Source: Actinomycetales bacterium
Lineage (GTDB): Bacteria; Actinomycetota; Actinomycetes; Actinomycetales; CAVURS01
Assembly: GCA_045807245.1 (NCBI GenBank)
Contig: JBJMHS010000011.1
Span: 1-64,000, forward strand
DNA length: 64,000 nt
Direction of reading: 5' to 3'
Of the stretch, positions 28,209 to 36,898 are shown one piece after another. Position 1 is the first letter of the stretch; each line of letters opens with the position of its first letter. The position numbers and the translations under genes are program-made. The notes under the pieces are model-generated. The model saw nothing but the letters and a program-made list of their open reading frames with translations, was not told the DNA's origin and searched no databases.

Positions 28209-28850
28209 TCACCGAACCACAGCGTCGTCGCAGCTCTCGCCGCGCCAGGTCTTCCACCCGGCCTGCAGGCAGGCCGCGGCCACCAGCAGCGCGACCGTCG
28301 GGTCGGCCCACCACCAGCCGAGCGCGAGGTTGACGCCGAGGCCGATGAGTACGCCGATGGACAGATAGGCGCACAGCACGTTCTGCCGTCCCGCGCCGGA
28401 GGTCGCGGCCGACCCGAGCTGCGCGCCCAGGCGCTGCTTGGCGCGCCCGATGAACGGCATCAGGCCTGCGTCGATCGCGGCCAGCGTGACCCCGATCCAG
28501 CTGCCCCGGGCGGCGTCGCCGGTGGCGAGCTGGTTGGTCGCGACGACCACGATGTACGGGACGAGCAGGAAGAACGAGATCCCGACGACACGTCGCGCGA
28601 GGCCGTCCGGCGCCTCGGACTGGGTCCGGTCGCCGGTGAACCGCCAGATGACGATCAGTGCAGCGGTGGCCTGGATCGCGCAGTCCAGGCCCCAGCCGAT
28701 CAGGGCCACGGAGTTGGCGGCGATGCCAGCGGTCATCCCGACGGCACCGTCGATGGCCAGCCACACCAGAGTGCCCCAGGACAGCAGCCGGACCCGCCGG
28801 GCCAGCGCGGCACGCCGATGCTCGCTGCTCACCGTGCCGAGGATCGCCAC
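28209..28850 (-). CDS. cation diffusion facilitator-like metal transporter (membrane domain only)
   Basis: SVALIGWGLD, GWWWADP, terminal SC; start uncertain (28850 or 28832). Confidence 0.75.
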   Translation of the reverse strand: MAILGTVSSEHRRAALARRVRLLSWGTLVWLAIDGAVGMTAGIAANSVALIGWGLDCAIQATAALIVIWRFTGDRTQSEAPDGLARRVVGISFFLLVPYIVVVATNQLATGDAARGSWIGVTLAAIDAGLMPFIGRAKQRLGAQLGSAATSGAGRQNVLCAYLSIGVLIGLGVNLALGWWWADPTVALLVAAACLQAGWKTWRGESCDDAVVR

Positions 28851-28882
28851 CTCTATAACATAGCCACGATCATGATTAACAT

Positions 28883-28894
28883 CAAGAAATCTTG
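28883..28894. promoter_or_regulatory. ArsR/SmtB-type operator CAAGA-AA-TCTTG
   Basis: Inverted repeat in the AT-rich gap immediately before the ArsR start codon. Confidence 0.6.
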
Positions 28895-28896
28895 CT

Positions 28897-29226
28897 ATGT
28901 CTAAGCCGAGCGCCAAGACCATCAGGGAGTGCCGCCGGCTGGCCGACACGTGGGGTCCGGTGCTGCGCGGGCTGGCGAACCCGGACCGCCTGCTCATCGT
29001 GCTGTGGCTGGCCGACGCGACCAGCACCGTGCGTGAACTGCAGGAAGTGACGGGCCTGAGCCAGTCCCTTGTCTCATACCACCTGCGCACACTGCGGGAC
29101 GCTGGGCTGGTCACGTCGAGTGCCGTCGGTCGCGCCAACGCCTACCGCCTGTCGCACCCAGACCTCGACAAGCTCGCGGCCCTTGTCGGCCGCCTCGAGC
29201 CCGCTGTCAACTCAAAGCCCGACTGA
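28897..29226 (+). CDS. ArsR/SmtB-family regulator
   Basis: LANPDRLLI, LSQSLVSYHLRTLRDAGLV. Confidence 0.88.
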   Translation: MSKPSAKTIRECRRLADTWGPVLRGLANPDRLLIVLWLADATSTVRELQEVTGLSQSLVSYHLRTLRDAGLVTSSAVGRANAYRLSHPDLDKLAALVGRLEPAVNSKPD

Positions 29227-29276
29227 TGAGTGGGTGTCGAGCATGGGCTCGATCGCCAGACCCGTCGACACGTTGG

Positions 29277-29639
29277 TCAGCGGGAAAGGGCGACGGGCGC
29301 GAGGACCTCAGACAGAGCCCGCAGCGACTCCGGGACGACCCGGTAGTAGGCCCACTTGCCGCGCTGCTCACGCGTGACCAGGCCGGCGTGGACGAGCTGT
29401 TTCATGTGGTGCGACACGGTCGGCTGGGACAGGCCGACTGGCTCAGTCAGGTCGCACACGCACGCCTCGCAGTCGTCCGTGGCGGCGATGAGCGACAGGA
29501 GGCGAACGCGCGTCGGGTCGCCGAGTGCCTTGAAGACCCGGGCCAGCTGCTCGGCCGCGTCCGGCTCGATCACCCCGCCGGTGACCGGCGAGCAGCATGA
29601 CGCGAGATCGGTCGTGAGGAGGGTCAGCGGCGCAGGCAT
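29277..29639 (-). CDS. arsR: ArsR-family arsenic/metal-responsive repressor
   Basis: N-terminal CC, FKALGDPTR, CEACVCDL, SQPTVSHH, RGKWAYY. Confidence 0.88.
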   Translation of the reverse strand: MPAPLTLLTTDLASCCSPVTGGVIEPDAAEQLARVFKALGDPTRVRLLSLIAATDDCEACVCDLTEPVGLSQPTVSHHMKQLVHAGLVTREQRGKWAYYRVVPESLRALSEVLAPVALSR

Positions 29640-29660
29640 GGGCCAAGTGTGTCACGACGT

Positions 29661-29712
29661 ATTGACATGTGTCGATGCGATTGCCAGCCTCGTCCTATCG
29701 AGAACCGTCGAT
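29661..29712. promoter_or_regulatory. two ArsR-type operators (ATTGAC-N4-GTCGAT; ATCGAG-N4-GTCGAT)
   Basis: Imperfect palindromes at 29661-29676 and 29697-29712 between divergent arsR and the flavoprotein gene. Confidence 0.6.
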
Positions 29713-29732
29713 ATGAGATCCAGGAGCGTTGC

Positions 29733-31058
29733 ATGAGTGAGTTGCCCGTCGTGGTGATCGGGGCCGGCCCTCAGGGTTTGGCCGCCGGCGCCCACCTCCG
29801 GGAGCGGGGGCAGGCGTTCCTGATCCTCGAACGCGGGCCGGGCCCGGCCGACGCGGTCAGCCAGTGGGGCCACGTGCGGCTCTTCTCCGCCTGGCCCGAG
29901 CTGGTCGACAAGGCCGGGGCTCGACTGCTGGAGCTCATCGGCTGGACGATTCCCGGCGAGGGCTTTCCGACCGGATCGGAGTGGATCGACGGTTACCTTG
30001 CGCCGCTCGCGGCTGTGCTCGCGGATGACGTCGTGTACGGCGCCCGCGTCGTCGGCGTCTCGCGCAAGGGGCGGGACCGCCTGGTCGACGCCGGCCGCGC
30101 CGAGCAGCCGTTCACCGTCCACGTCGAGTACGCCGACGGGAACGAGGCCCGGTTCGACGCCCGAGCGGTGATCGACGCCTCGGGCACCTGGACCCAGCCC
30201 AACCCGATCGGTGCCGACGGCCTCCTGGCGTTGGGGGAGCGCGCAGCCGCGGACCACCTCGACTACTCGATCCCCTCACGGCACGACGCCGAGTCCCTGG
30301 CCGGCTCCCGAGTCCTGGTCATCGGATCGGGCCACTCGGCCATGAACGCCGTGATCGAGCTCGCCGAGATCGTCCGCGCCAAGCCCGGCACCACGATCAC
30401 CTGGGTCCTGCGTCGCGGCGTTGTCGGGAACACCTTCGGCGGTGGCGCCGCGGACGAGCTGCCCCAGCGTGGCGCACTCGGTGTGCGGTCCCGCGAGCTG
30501 GTCGACGAGGGCCTGGTCGAGCTGGTGACCGGGTTTCGCACGGAGCGGGTCGCGGTGACCGACGAGAAGATCGTGCTGAGCTCGGAGGACGGCCGCGCAC
30601 TGGCGCCGGCTGACCGCGTGTTCGTCCTCACCGGCTTCCGGCCCGACCTGTCGTTCCTCACCGAGATGCGCCTCGACCTGGACACGACGCTCCAGGCGCC
30701 GACCCGGATCGCCATCGAGATCGACCCCAACGTCCACTCCTGCGGCACCGTCGGCGCAACCGGAGCCAAGGACCTCAACCACCCGGAGACCGACCTCTAC
30801 CTCGTCGGCATGAAGTCCTACGGGCGAGCGCCCACGTTCCTCGCGATGACCGGCTACGAGCAGGTCCGCAGCGTTGTGGCCGAGTTGGCCGGCGATCACG
30901 AGGCAGCCGCCCGCGTCGAGCTCGCTCTGCCTGACACCGGAGTCTGCGGCGGCGCCGGGCTCTTCGACGACCCCGACGGGAACGCCGCCGGCGGTTGCTG
31001 CGGGCCCGCGGTCGCTGGCCCTCAGCCAATCGCGCTCTCACTCACGCCCGGTCGCTAG
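29733..31058 (+). CDS. ArsO-like NAD(P)/FAD-dependent flavoprotein monooxygenase
   Basis: GAGPQG, WGHVRLFS, GSGHSA, HSCGTV, KSYGRAPTFL, Cys-rich tail GVCGG..GCCG. Confidence 0.82.
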   Translation: MSELPVVVIGAGPQGLAAGAHLRERGQAFLILERGPGPADAVSQWGHVRLFSAWPELVDKAGARLLELIGWTIPGEGFPTGSEWIDGYLAPLAAVLADDVVYGARVVGVSRKGRDRLVDAGRAEQPFTVHVEYADGNEARFDARAVIDASGTWTQPNPIGADGLLALGERAAADHLDYSIPSRHDAESLAGSRVLVIGSGHSAMNAVIELAEIVRAKPGTTITWVLRRGVVGNTFGGGAADELPQRGALGVRSRELVDEGLVELVTGFRTERVAVTDEKIVLSSEDGRALAPADRVFVLTGFRPDLSFLTEMRLDLDTTLQAPTRIAIEIDPNVHSCGTVGATGAKDLNHPETDLYLVGMKSYGRAPTFLAMTGYEQVRSVVAELAGDHEAAARVELALPDTGVCGGAGLFDDPDGNAAGGCCGPAVAGPQPIALSLTPGR

Positions 31059-31108
31059 CCCGCCTTGGACGATGTCTACGCTCACCGCAGATCAGGGGCT
31101 GTCTTGGC

Positions 31109-31185
31109 TGGTGGCCAGGGGCGGGGTCGAACCGCCGACCTTCCGATTTTCAGTCGGACGCTCGTACCAACTGAGCTACCTGGCC
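31109..31185 (-). tRNA. tRNA-Phe(GAA)
   Basis: GGCCAGGTAGCTCAGTTGG..CTGAAAA..GGTTCGACCCCGCCCCTGGCCACCA. Confidence 0.97.
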
Positions 31186-31239
31186 GAACTCCGCAGCCGG
31201 CCCGGTCGAGGGTCGCCCGACCTCGGAACCGGCAGCGGA

Positions 31240-31316
31240 TGGCGACCCCGACGGGACTCGAACCCGCGACCTCCGCCGTGACAGGGCGGCGCGCTAACCA
31301 ACTGCGCTACGGGGCC
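31240..31316 (-). tRNA. tRNA-Asp(GTC)
   Basis: GGCCCCGTAGCGCAGTTGG..CTGTCAC..GGTTCGAGTCCCGTCGGGGTCGCCA. Confidence 0.97.
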
Positions 31317-31374
31317 AACGTGAGCTGGCGTCGTACTGTCGTGCTCAACCTCGCTGGCTGCAAGGCGTGGTGCG

Positions 31375-31447
31375 TGCCCCCAACGGGATTCGAACCCGCG
31401 CTGCCGCCTTGAAAGGGCGGAGTCCTAGGCCGCTAGACGATGGGGAC
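31375..31447 (-). tRNA. tRNA-Glu(TTC), CCA not encoded
   Basis: GTCCCCATCGTCTAGCGG..CTTTCAA..GGTTCGAATCCCGTTGGGGGCA. Confidence 0.96.
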
Positions 31448-31566
31448 GTCGTGACGTCGCCTAGACGCCTGACCCGTCGAGGACCGGTTCAGCATAGGGG
31501 GAGCAGCCGGGAACCTCCAAAGTGGTTGGGTCCGGGCCGCGCGATCGCGGCAGGCGAGACTGGGGC

Positions 31567-31923
31567 ATGGTCGAGATGACGGCGGAGGAGTTCGAGGAGG
31601 CCGTCGCCGACGCCCTGGACGAGATCCCGCCGGAGCTCGCGGCCCAGATGGACAACGTCGTCGTGCTGGTCGAGGTGGAGCCACCGGAGGGCGAGGACAG
31701 CGGGCTGCTGGGCCTGTACGAGGGCACCCCGCTCACGGCACGAGACAGCTGGTGGGCCGCCGGCTCGTTGCCGGACCGGATCACCATCTTCCGCGGGCCC
31801 ACGCTGCGCATGTGCGACAGCCGCGAAGAGGTCGTCGACGAGGTGGCCGTCACCGTCGTGCACGAGGTGGCCCACCACTTCGGCATCGGCGACGAGCGGC
31901 TGCACGAGCTGGGCTGGGACTGA
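31567..31923 (+). CDS. zincin-like metallopeptidase family protein
   Basis: LLGLYEGTPL, PDRITIFR, HEVAHHFG. Confidence 0.92.
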   Translation: MVEMTAEEFEEAVADALDEIPPELAAQMDNVVVLVEVEPPEGEDSGLLGLYEGTPLTARDSWWAAGSLPDRITIFRGPTLRMCDSREEVVDEVAVTVVHEVAHHFGIGDERLHELGWD

Positions 31924-31938
31924 CGCAGCGGCGCAGGC

Positions 31939-32595
31939 TCAGTCGAGCAGCCCGGCGTCATGAGCCAGGATCGCCACCTGCACGCGGTTGGTGGCGTCCA
32001 GCTTGGTCAGCAGTCTCGAGACGTGCGCCTTGACAGTGGCCTCGGACAGGAAGAGCTCGCGCCCGATCTCGGCGTTGGACAGGCCGCGGCCGACCGCCAT
32101 GAGCACGTCCGTCTCGCGGTCGGTGAGCAGCGCGACCCTCGTGGCGGCCGCGTCGCGACGGGACGTGCCGCGGCCACGGGCGAAGTGACCGATCAGGCTG
32201 CGCGTGACAGCCGGCGAGAGCATGGCCTCCCCACCGGCGACGACGCGTACGGCGGCGATCAGGTCACGCGGCGGGGTGTCCTTGAGCAGGAAGCCGCTGG
32301 CGCCTGCCTCCAGGGCCGCGAAGACGTACTGGTCGAGTCCGAAGGTCGTGAGGATCACGACCCGCGGCGGCTCGGGCAGCTGCAGCACCTGGGCCGCTGC
32401 CGACAGGCCGTCGAGCCCGGGCATCCGCACGTCCATGAGGACGACGTCCGGACGGTCCCGGCGGACGGCGTCGACCGCCTTCGTGCCGTCGTCCGCCTCG
32501 CCGACCACCTGGAGGTCGTCGGCCGACTCCAGGATCATCCGCAGACCGCCGCGAACCAATGCCTCGTCGTCGACCAACAGCACGCGGATCGTCAT
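31939..32595 (-). CDS. NarL/LuxR-family response regulator
   Basis: IRVLLVDD, DVVLMDVRMP, GFLLK, LuxR HTH; ATGA overlap with kinase. Confidence 0.95.
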   Translation of the reverse strand: MTIRVLLVDDEALVRGGLRMILESADDLQVVGEADDGTKAVDAVRRDRPDVVLMDVRMPGLDGLSAAAQVLQLPEPPRVVILTTFGLDQYVFAALEAGASGFLLKDTPPRDLIAAVRVVAGGEAMLSPAVTRSLIGHFARGRGTSRRDAAATRVALLTDRETDVLMAVGRGLSNAEIGRELFLSEATVKAHVSRLLTKLDATNRVQVAILAHDAGLLD

Positions 32596-33824
32596 GCCCG
32601 CACCTCGTCCACGTCCGCGGCGACCGTTGCGGGCCAAGGAAGCTCGGCGGCCAGCAGCCAACCGCCGTCCGGTCCCGCACCCGCCGTCAGTGTGCCTCCG
32701 GCCAGCTCGACGCGTTCGCGGAGCCCGACCAGTCCGGCCCCGGCACCCGGGAGGAGCGAGCCCACCGCGACCGGCTTGATGTTGGCGATCGACACCCGCA
32801 ACATCTGCCCGCGCTCGCCGGACACCCGGACCGTGGTGGAGGCGCCTCGAGCGTGCTTGTGCACGTTGGTCAGTCCTTCCTGAACGACGCGGTACGCCGT
32901 GCGTCCGAGCTGCTCGGACATCGTGTTGCCGGCCGCCGCCGCTCGATCCGGGTCGGACAGGGCCGCAGCATCGCCCTCGACGACCAGCTCGACCGTGACA
33001 CCCGCCGCTCGTGACGCGTCGACCAGCCGGCGTACGTCGGACAGCTTGGGCTGCGGGGCGAGCGTGGCGCCGTCCGCGCTCTCGTCGGTGCGCAGGACAC
33101 CAAGGACGTCGCGCAGGTCCTCCAGAGCCTGACGCGCGGTCGAACGGATGAGGATCGCTGAACGTTCGACCGTGTCCGGCCCGGCGTCCGGGTTGAGCTC
33201 GAGGCCGCCGGCATGGAGCGCGATGAGCGAGACCTTGTGGGCCAGGACGTCGTGCATCTCCTGGGCGATGCGGGTCCGCTCGCCGAGGCGGGCCTGCTCG
33301 GCCCGCAGCTCGCGCTCGCTCTCCGCGCGGTCCGCGCGCTCCCTCAGTGAGGCCACCAGGTCGCGGCGCGCCCCGACGTACCCGCCGAGGATCAGGAACA
33401 GCCCGACGACGAAGAACATGCCGACCAGCTGCGCGACGAGACTCTTCTCTTGGAAGATCACCGGCTGCAGGACGTACACCGCGTAGACGGCAGCCGCGGA
33501 CCCGGCGAGAGCCCTGTCCCGCCGTCGTACGGCGACGGTGGTGAGTCCGAACAGGCCCGTGAGCGGCGCGTTCGCCAGCGCGAAGGCCGCGCAGCCGATG
33601 GCCGTGATGGCGAGCGGCCAGCGCCGGCGCCACCAGAGCGCGGCCGCGGCGACGGCCATGACCGGGATCGAGAGCCACCGGCCGATGGGGAAGCTCCGGT
33701 CGCCGTCGCCGGCGACCTGACCGGCCGACGCGGCCACGGCACACGCGATGAGGTAGCCGTCGAAGACCCGCGGCCCGAACCGCGCGCGCCACCGGGCGAA
33801 CCGGGCACGCACGCGGGGCAGCAT
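32592..33824 (-). CDS. HisKA_3 sensor histidine kinase
   Basis: ERTRIAQEMHDVLAH, QEGLTNVHKHA, GAGLVGLRER. Confidence 0.95.
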   Translation of the reverse strand: MLPRVRARFARWRARFGPRVFDGYLIACAVAASAGQVAGDGDRSFPIGRWLSIPVMAVAAAALWWRRRWPLAITAIGCAAFALANAPLTGLFGLTTVAVRRRDRALAGSAAAVYAVYVLQPVIFQEKSLVAQLVGMFFVVGLFLILGGYVGARRDLVASLRERADRAESERELRAEQARLGERTRIAQEMHDVLAHKVSLIALHAGGLELNPDAGPDTVERSAILIRSTARQALEDLRDVLGVLRTDESADGATLAPQPKLSDVRRLVDASRAAGVTVELVVEGDAAALSDPDRAAAAGNTMSEQLGRTAYRVVQEGLTNVHKHARGASTTVRVSGERGQMLRVSIANIKPVAVGSLLPGAGAGLVGLRERVELAGGTLTAGAGPDGGWLLAAELPWPATVAADVDEVRA

Positions 33825-33860
33825 GTCGCCAGCGTAGGTGCGGCGTCGTCGGCCGCGCGC

Positions 33861-33909
33861 CCGCCGAAGGTCGGGGTGGACGCTTCGGGATCACCGACTT
33901 TGGTCGGGG
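33861..33909. promoter_or_regulatory. putative response-regulator boxes (CCGAAGGTCGGGG / CCGACTTTGGTCGGGG)
   Basis: Two GGTCGGGG-containing sites 33 bp apart between the divergent TCS and ABC genes. Confidence 0.45.
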
Positions 33910-33966
33910 GTGGTTCTGGTCGCCTGGCCGATGCCCGCACCTGGGGTGCGCCGACAGGCTCTAGCC

Positions 33967-34863
33967 ATGATCAACGTCGACCACCTCGTCAAGCGCTACG
34001 GCGGCACGACCGCCGTCAGCGAAGCCACCTTCTCCTGCGAGCCCGGCACCATCACCGGCTTCCTGGGACCGAACGGAGCCGGCAAGTCCACGACTCTGCG
34101 CATGCTCACCGGGCTCACCCGCCCGACCTCCGGTACGGCGACGGTCGCCGGCCGCCAGTACGCCGCACTGCCGAACCCCGGACGCGTTGTCGGCGTGATG
34201 CTCGACGCAGCGGCTCAGCACCCGGGACGCACCGGCCGCGAAACCCTGCGGCTGGCCGGCTCCCTGCTGGGTGTGGGCAACCGGGCCGCTGACGACATGC
34301 TCGAGCGGGTTGGTCTCACCGGCGCGGAGGGGCGCCTGGTCCGCCAGTACTCACTCGGCATGCGTCAGCGGCTCGGCATCGGTGTGGCCCTCCTGGGCGA
34401 CCCGGCTGCTCTCGTCCTGGACGAGCCGGCCAACGGGCTGGACCCGGAAGGGATTCGTTGGATGCGAATCCTGTTGCAGGACTTCGCCTCTCGCGGGGGC
34501 ACCGTGCTGTTGTCAAGCCACCTGCTGCGTGAGGTGGAGGCGACGGCCGACCGGCTCGTCGTCATCGGCGGCGGCCGGATCGTCGCTCAGGGCACGCTGG
34601 ACCAGCTGCTCGGGGGCGCCGGCGTCTTCGCCCGCGGCCTCGACGACGCTGCGCTGGGGGCGGCCTTGGCGAAGGCCGGCCTGACGGCGACGCCGAGGCA
34701 GCAAGGGGGCTGGAAGGTCGTCGGTTCGGCCGAGGCGGTTGGCCGCACGGCCGCGGCCAGCGGGCTGATCCTCACCGAGCTGCGGGACTCCGGCACGGAT
34801 GGACTCGAAGAGCTCTTCTTCACCCTCACTGACACCACTTCTGGAAGCGAGCAGGCAGCATGA
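33967..34863 (+). CDS. ABC transporter ATP-binding protein
   Basis: GPNGAGKS, YSLGM, LDEPANGLDP. Confidence 0.95.
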   Translation: MINVDHLVKRYGGTTAVSEATFSCEPGTITGFLGPNGAGKSTTLRMLTGLTRPTSGTATVAGRQYAALPNPGRVVGVMLDAAAQHPGRTGRETLRLAGSLLGVGNRAADDMLERVGLTGAEGRLVRQYSLGMRQRLGIGVALLGDPAALVLDEPANGLDPEGIRWMRILLQDFASRGGTVLLSSHLLREVEATADRLVVIGGGRIVAQGTLDQLLGGAGVFARGLDDAALGAALAKAGLTATPRQQGGWKVVGSAEAVGRTAAASGLILTELRDSGTDGLEELFFTLTDTTSGSEQAA

Positions 34864-35678
34864 GCACCACGACGATGACCCCGGTCCCCGCGCAGGACAC
34901 TGTGCTCCGTACGGAGAACGAAAGCTCCTACCCGGCAATCGACTTCGGCCCTCGGCAGAGGTTCCTGCCTCTGGTCCGGATCGAGCTCCGCAAGATGGTT
35001 GACACCCGTAGCGGGCGCTGGCTCCTCATCGCGATCCTGGCTCTGTCGCTCACCGCGCTCGGCTGGGGACTGACTCACCTGCCGGACGGCACATTGCGGT
35101 TCGACGAGGTGCTTGACCTCGCGCTCGTGCCGGTCGACATCATCCTGCCCGTCATCGGCATCATGGCCATGACGTCGGAGTGGACGCAGCGGACCGCTCT
35201 GACGACGTTCACCTTGTCGCCGCGCCGGATCCCGGTGCTGCTGGCCAAGCTTGTCGCCGCGGTCGCCCTGGCGATGGCGACGGTCGCGGTGGTCGTCGGC
35301 TTCGCGTTCGCCGCGACGGCGATCGGTGGGGTCATCGGTAGCAACGGCGCGTCGTACGACAACGTCCTACGGGCGATCAGCGGTTCGGCGATCGCGGACG
35401 GTCTCAACGTTCTGATGGCGGCCGGCATCGGTCTGGTGGCCACGGTCACCTCGGTCGGCGTCCTGGCCTACTACGTCGCGCCGACGGCGTGGGCGCTGGT
35501 CGGTACCGGCCTGCTGCACAGCAACAGCCGGTGGCTGGACATCTTCGAGACGTTCGACAACGTCAGCAGCTTCAACCTGGGCGGCCACGTGCCGCAGACC
35601 ATCACGTCGATGGCCTTCTGGATCGTCCTGCCGGTCACGGCCGGCCTGTTCCTGGCCAACCGCCGCGAGGTGAAGTAG
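34860..35678 (+). CDS. ABC transporter permease
   Basis: ELRKMVDTR, SEWTQRT, six TM segments. Confidence 0.9.
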   Translation: MSTTTMTPVPAQDTVLRTENESSYPAIDFGPRQRFLPLVRIELRKMVDTRSGRWLLIAILALSLTALGWGLTHLPDGTLRFDEVLDLALVPVDIILPVIGIMAMTSEWTQRTALTTFTLSPRRIPVLLAKLVAAVALAMATVAVVVGFAFAATAIGGVIGSNGASYDNVLRAISGSAIADGLNVLMAAGIGLVATVTSVGVLAYYVAPTAWALVGTGLLHSNSRWLDIFETFDNVSSFNLGGHVPQTITSMAFWIVLPVTAGLFLANRREVK

Positions 35679-35690
35679 CCGCCCGCGCGC

Positions 35691-35835
35691 CGTGCTCCCC
35701 ACCCCGGCCCCGTGCTCCCCACCCCGGCCCCGTGCTCCCCACCCCGGCCCCGTGCTCCCCGCAGCCCGGTTGTCGGCGGCCGATTCGGCCGTCGCAGCCG
35801 GGCTGCGGGGAGCACCGCGCGGGGTGGGGAGCACG
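35691..35835. repeat. 20-bp tandem repeat (3.5 copies) nested with a long inverted repeat
   Basis: CGTGCTCCCCACCCCGGCCC at 35691/35711/35731; stem-loop about 35752-35815; inverted copy 35821-35835; between convergent genes. Confidence 0.85.
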
Positions 35836-36855
35836 TCAGGCGCCGAGGTGGGAGGGGTGGAGCAGGTTCGCCAGGTACTCCATCGGCGCGGTCTGGTACG
35901 TGTCCGGGGCCGAGGCCCCCGCCTCGCCGACCGCTCTTGCCCAGACCAGCGCCCGGGCGATCTGGCCCACCCGGCAGGACAGCTCGAGCGTCTCGACCAG
36001 CTCGGCCCGCGAGCCCCAGGCGGCGAACGGCTCCAGGTACGCGTCCCTCATCCGCAGCATCCGCGGGTCGTCGTCGGCCCAGCCGTGCAGCCGCTTGGGC
36101 GCCCCCAGCCCGATCAGCATGCTGGCGAACGGGTGGGCCAGCACGGCGTCCCCCCAGTCGTAGAAGGTTGACTGCACGCCGCCCGGCCCCTCGACGTAGA
36201 AGACGTTCCAGGGATGCAGGTCGTTGTGGTCGATGCTGGCCAGACCCGGTGCGGCCGCCAGCCGGGCGCACCACTCGGCGATCTGGCCGTGCATCGAGGA
36301 GACATGCTCGTACGCCGCACGCTCCGGTTCAGTGCCTCGACGACCCAGGTACGGCACGACGAACGCGAGCGCCTCATCGAACCGCTCCGGCATGATCTCG
36401 GCCCGCATGTCGGTGACGCCGATGCGGAGCAGCTCATCGGTGTGACCAGCGACGGCCAGCTGCAGCTCGGCGTACTGGGCGAAGACCTGCTCGAGCTGGC
36501 CGGGCAGCCGTTCGGCATCCGTCTGGTCGGCGAGCAGCGGGCCACCGTCGGGCAGCACGATCCAGGCGCGGTCGACGTCGAGCGCCAGCGGCTCCAGGAC
36601 GTGCTCGGGCGCGATGCGGTGCATCAGGTCGTAGAGGCCGACCTCGAACCGCGTACCCGCTCCCGACAGCTTGAGCCACAGGACACCGCCGCTGGTCTCG
36701 GCGCGGAACACGGTCGCCCAATCCCGTTCCTTGGCCAGCTCGACCGGCGCCGCCAACGTCAGACCGTGCGCCGCCAGCTGCCGGTCGAACCAGTCCAGCG
36801 CCGCCGTGTAGTCACCGCCGAGGGGTGACCGCTCCGTCCGCGCGTACTGGTTCAT
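35836..36855 (-). CDS. aminoglycoside phosphotransferase / choline kinase-fold protein
   Basis: LWLK, HNDLHPWN Brenner motif, YDWGD. Confidence 0.85.
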   Translation of the reverse strand: MNQYARTERSPLGGDYTAALDWFDRQLAAHGLTLAAPVELAKERDWATVFRAETSGGVLWLKLSGAGTRFEVGLYDLMHRIAPEHVLEPLALDVDRAWIVLPDGGPLLADQTDAERLPGQLEQVFAQYAELQLAVAGHTDELLRIGVTDMRAEIMPERFDEALAFVVPYLGRRGTEPERAAYEHVSSMHGQIAEWCARLAAAPGLASIDHNDLHPWNVFYVEGPGGVQSTFYDWGDAVLAHPFASMLIGLGAPKRLHGWADDDPRMLRMRDAYLEPFAAWGSRAELVETLELSCRVGQIARALVWARAVGEAGASAPDTYQTAPMEYLANLLHPSHLGA

Positions 36856-36898
36856 CGCCCGGACGATGCCATGCGCCACGACTCCCTGCACTCGCTCA

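Noticed and set aside
31939..33894. 651-aa fusion ORF ending in a response regulator
   Set aside because: The N-terminal part is an alternative frame over the kinase; the real start is ATG 32595 overlapping the kinase stop
35691..35760. CRISPR array (also considered for 47483-47559 and 25995-26044)
   Set aside because: Contiguous tandem units without unique spacers and no cas genes
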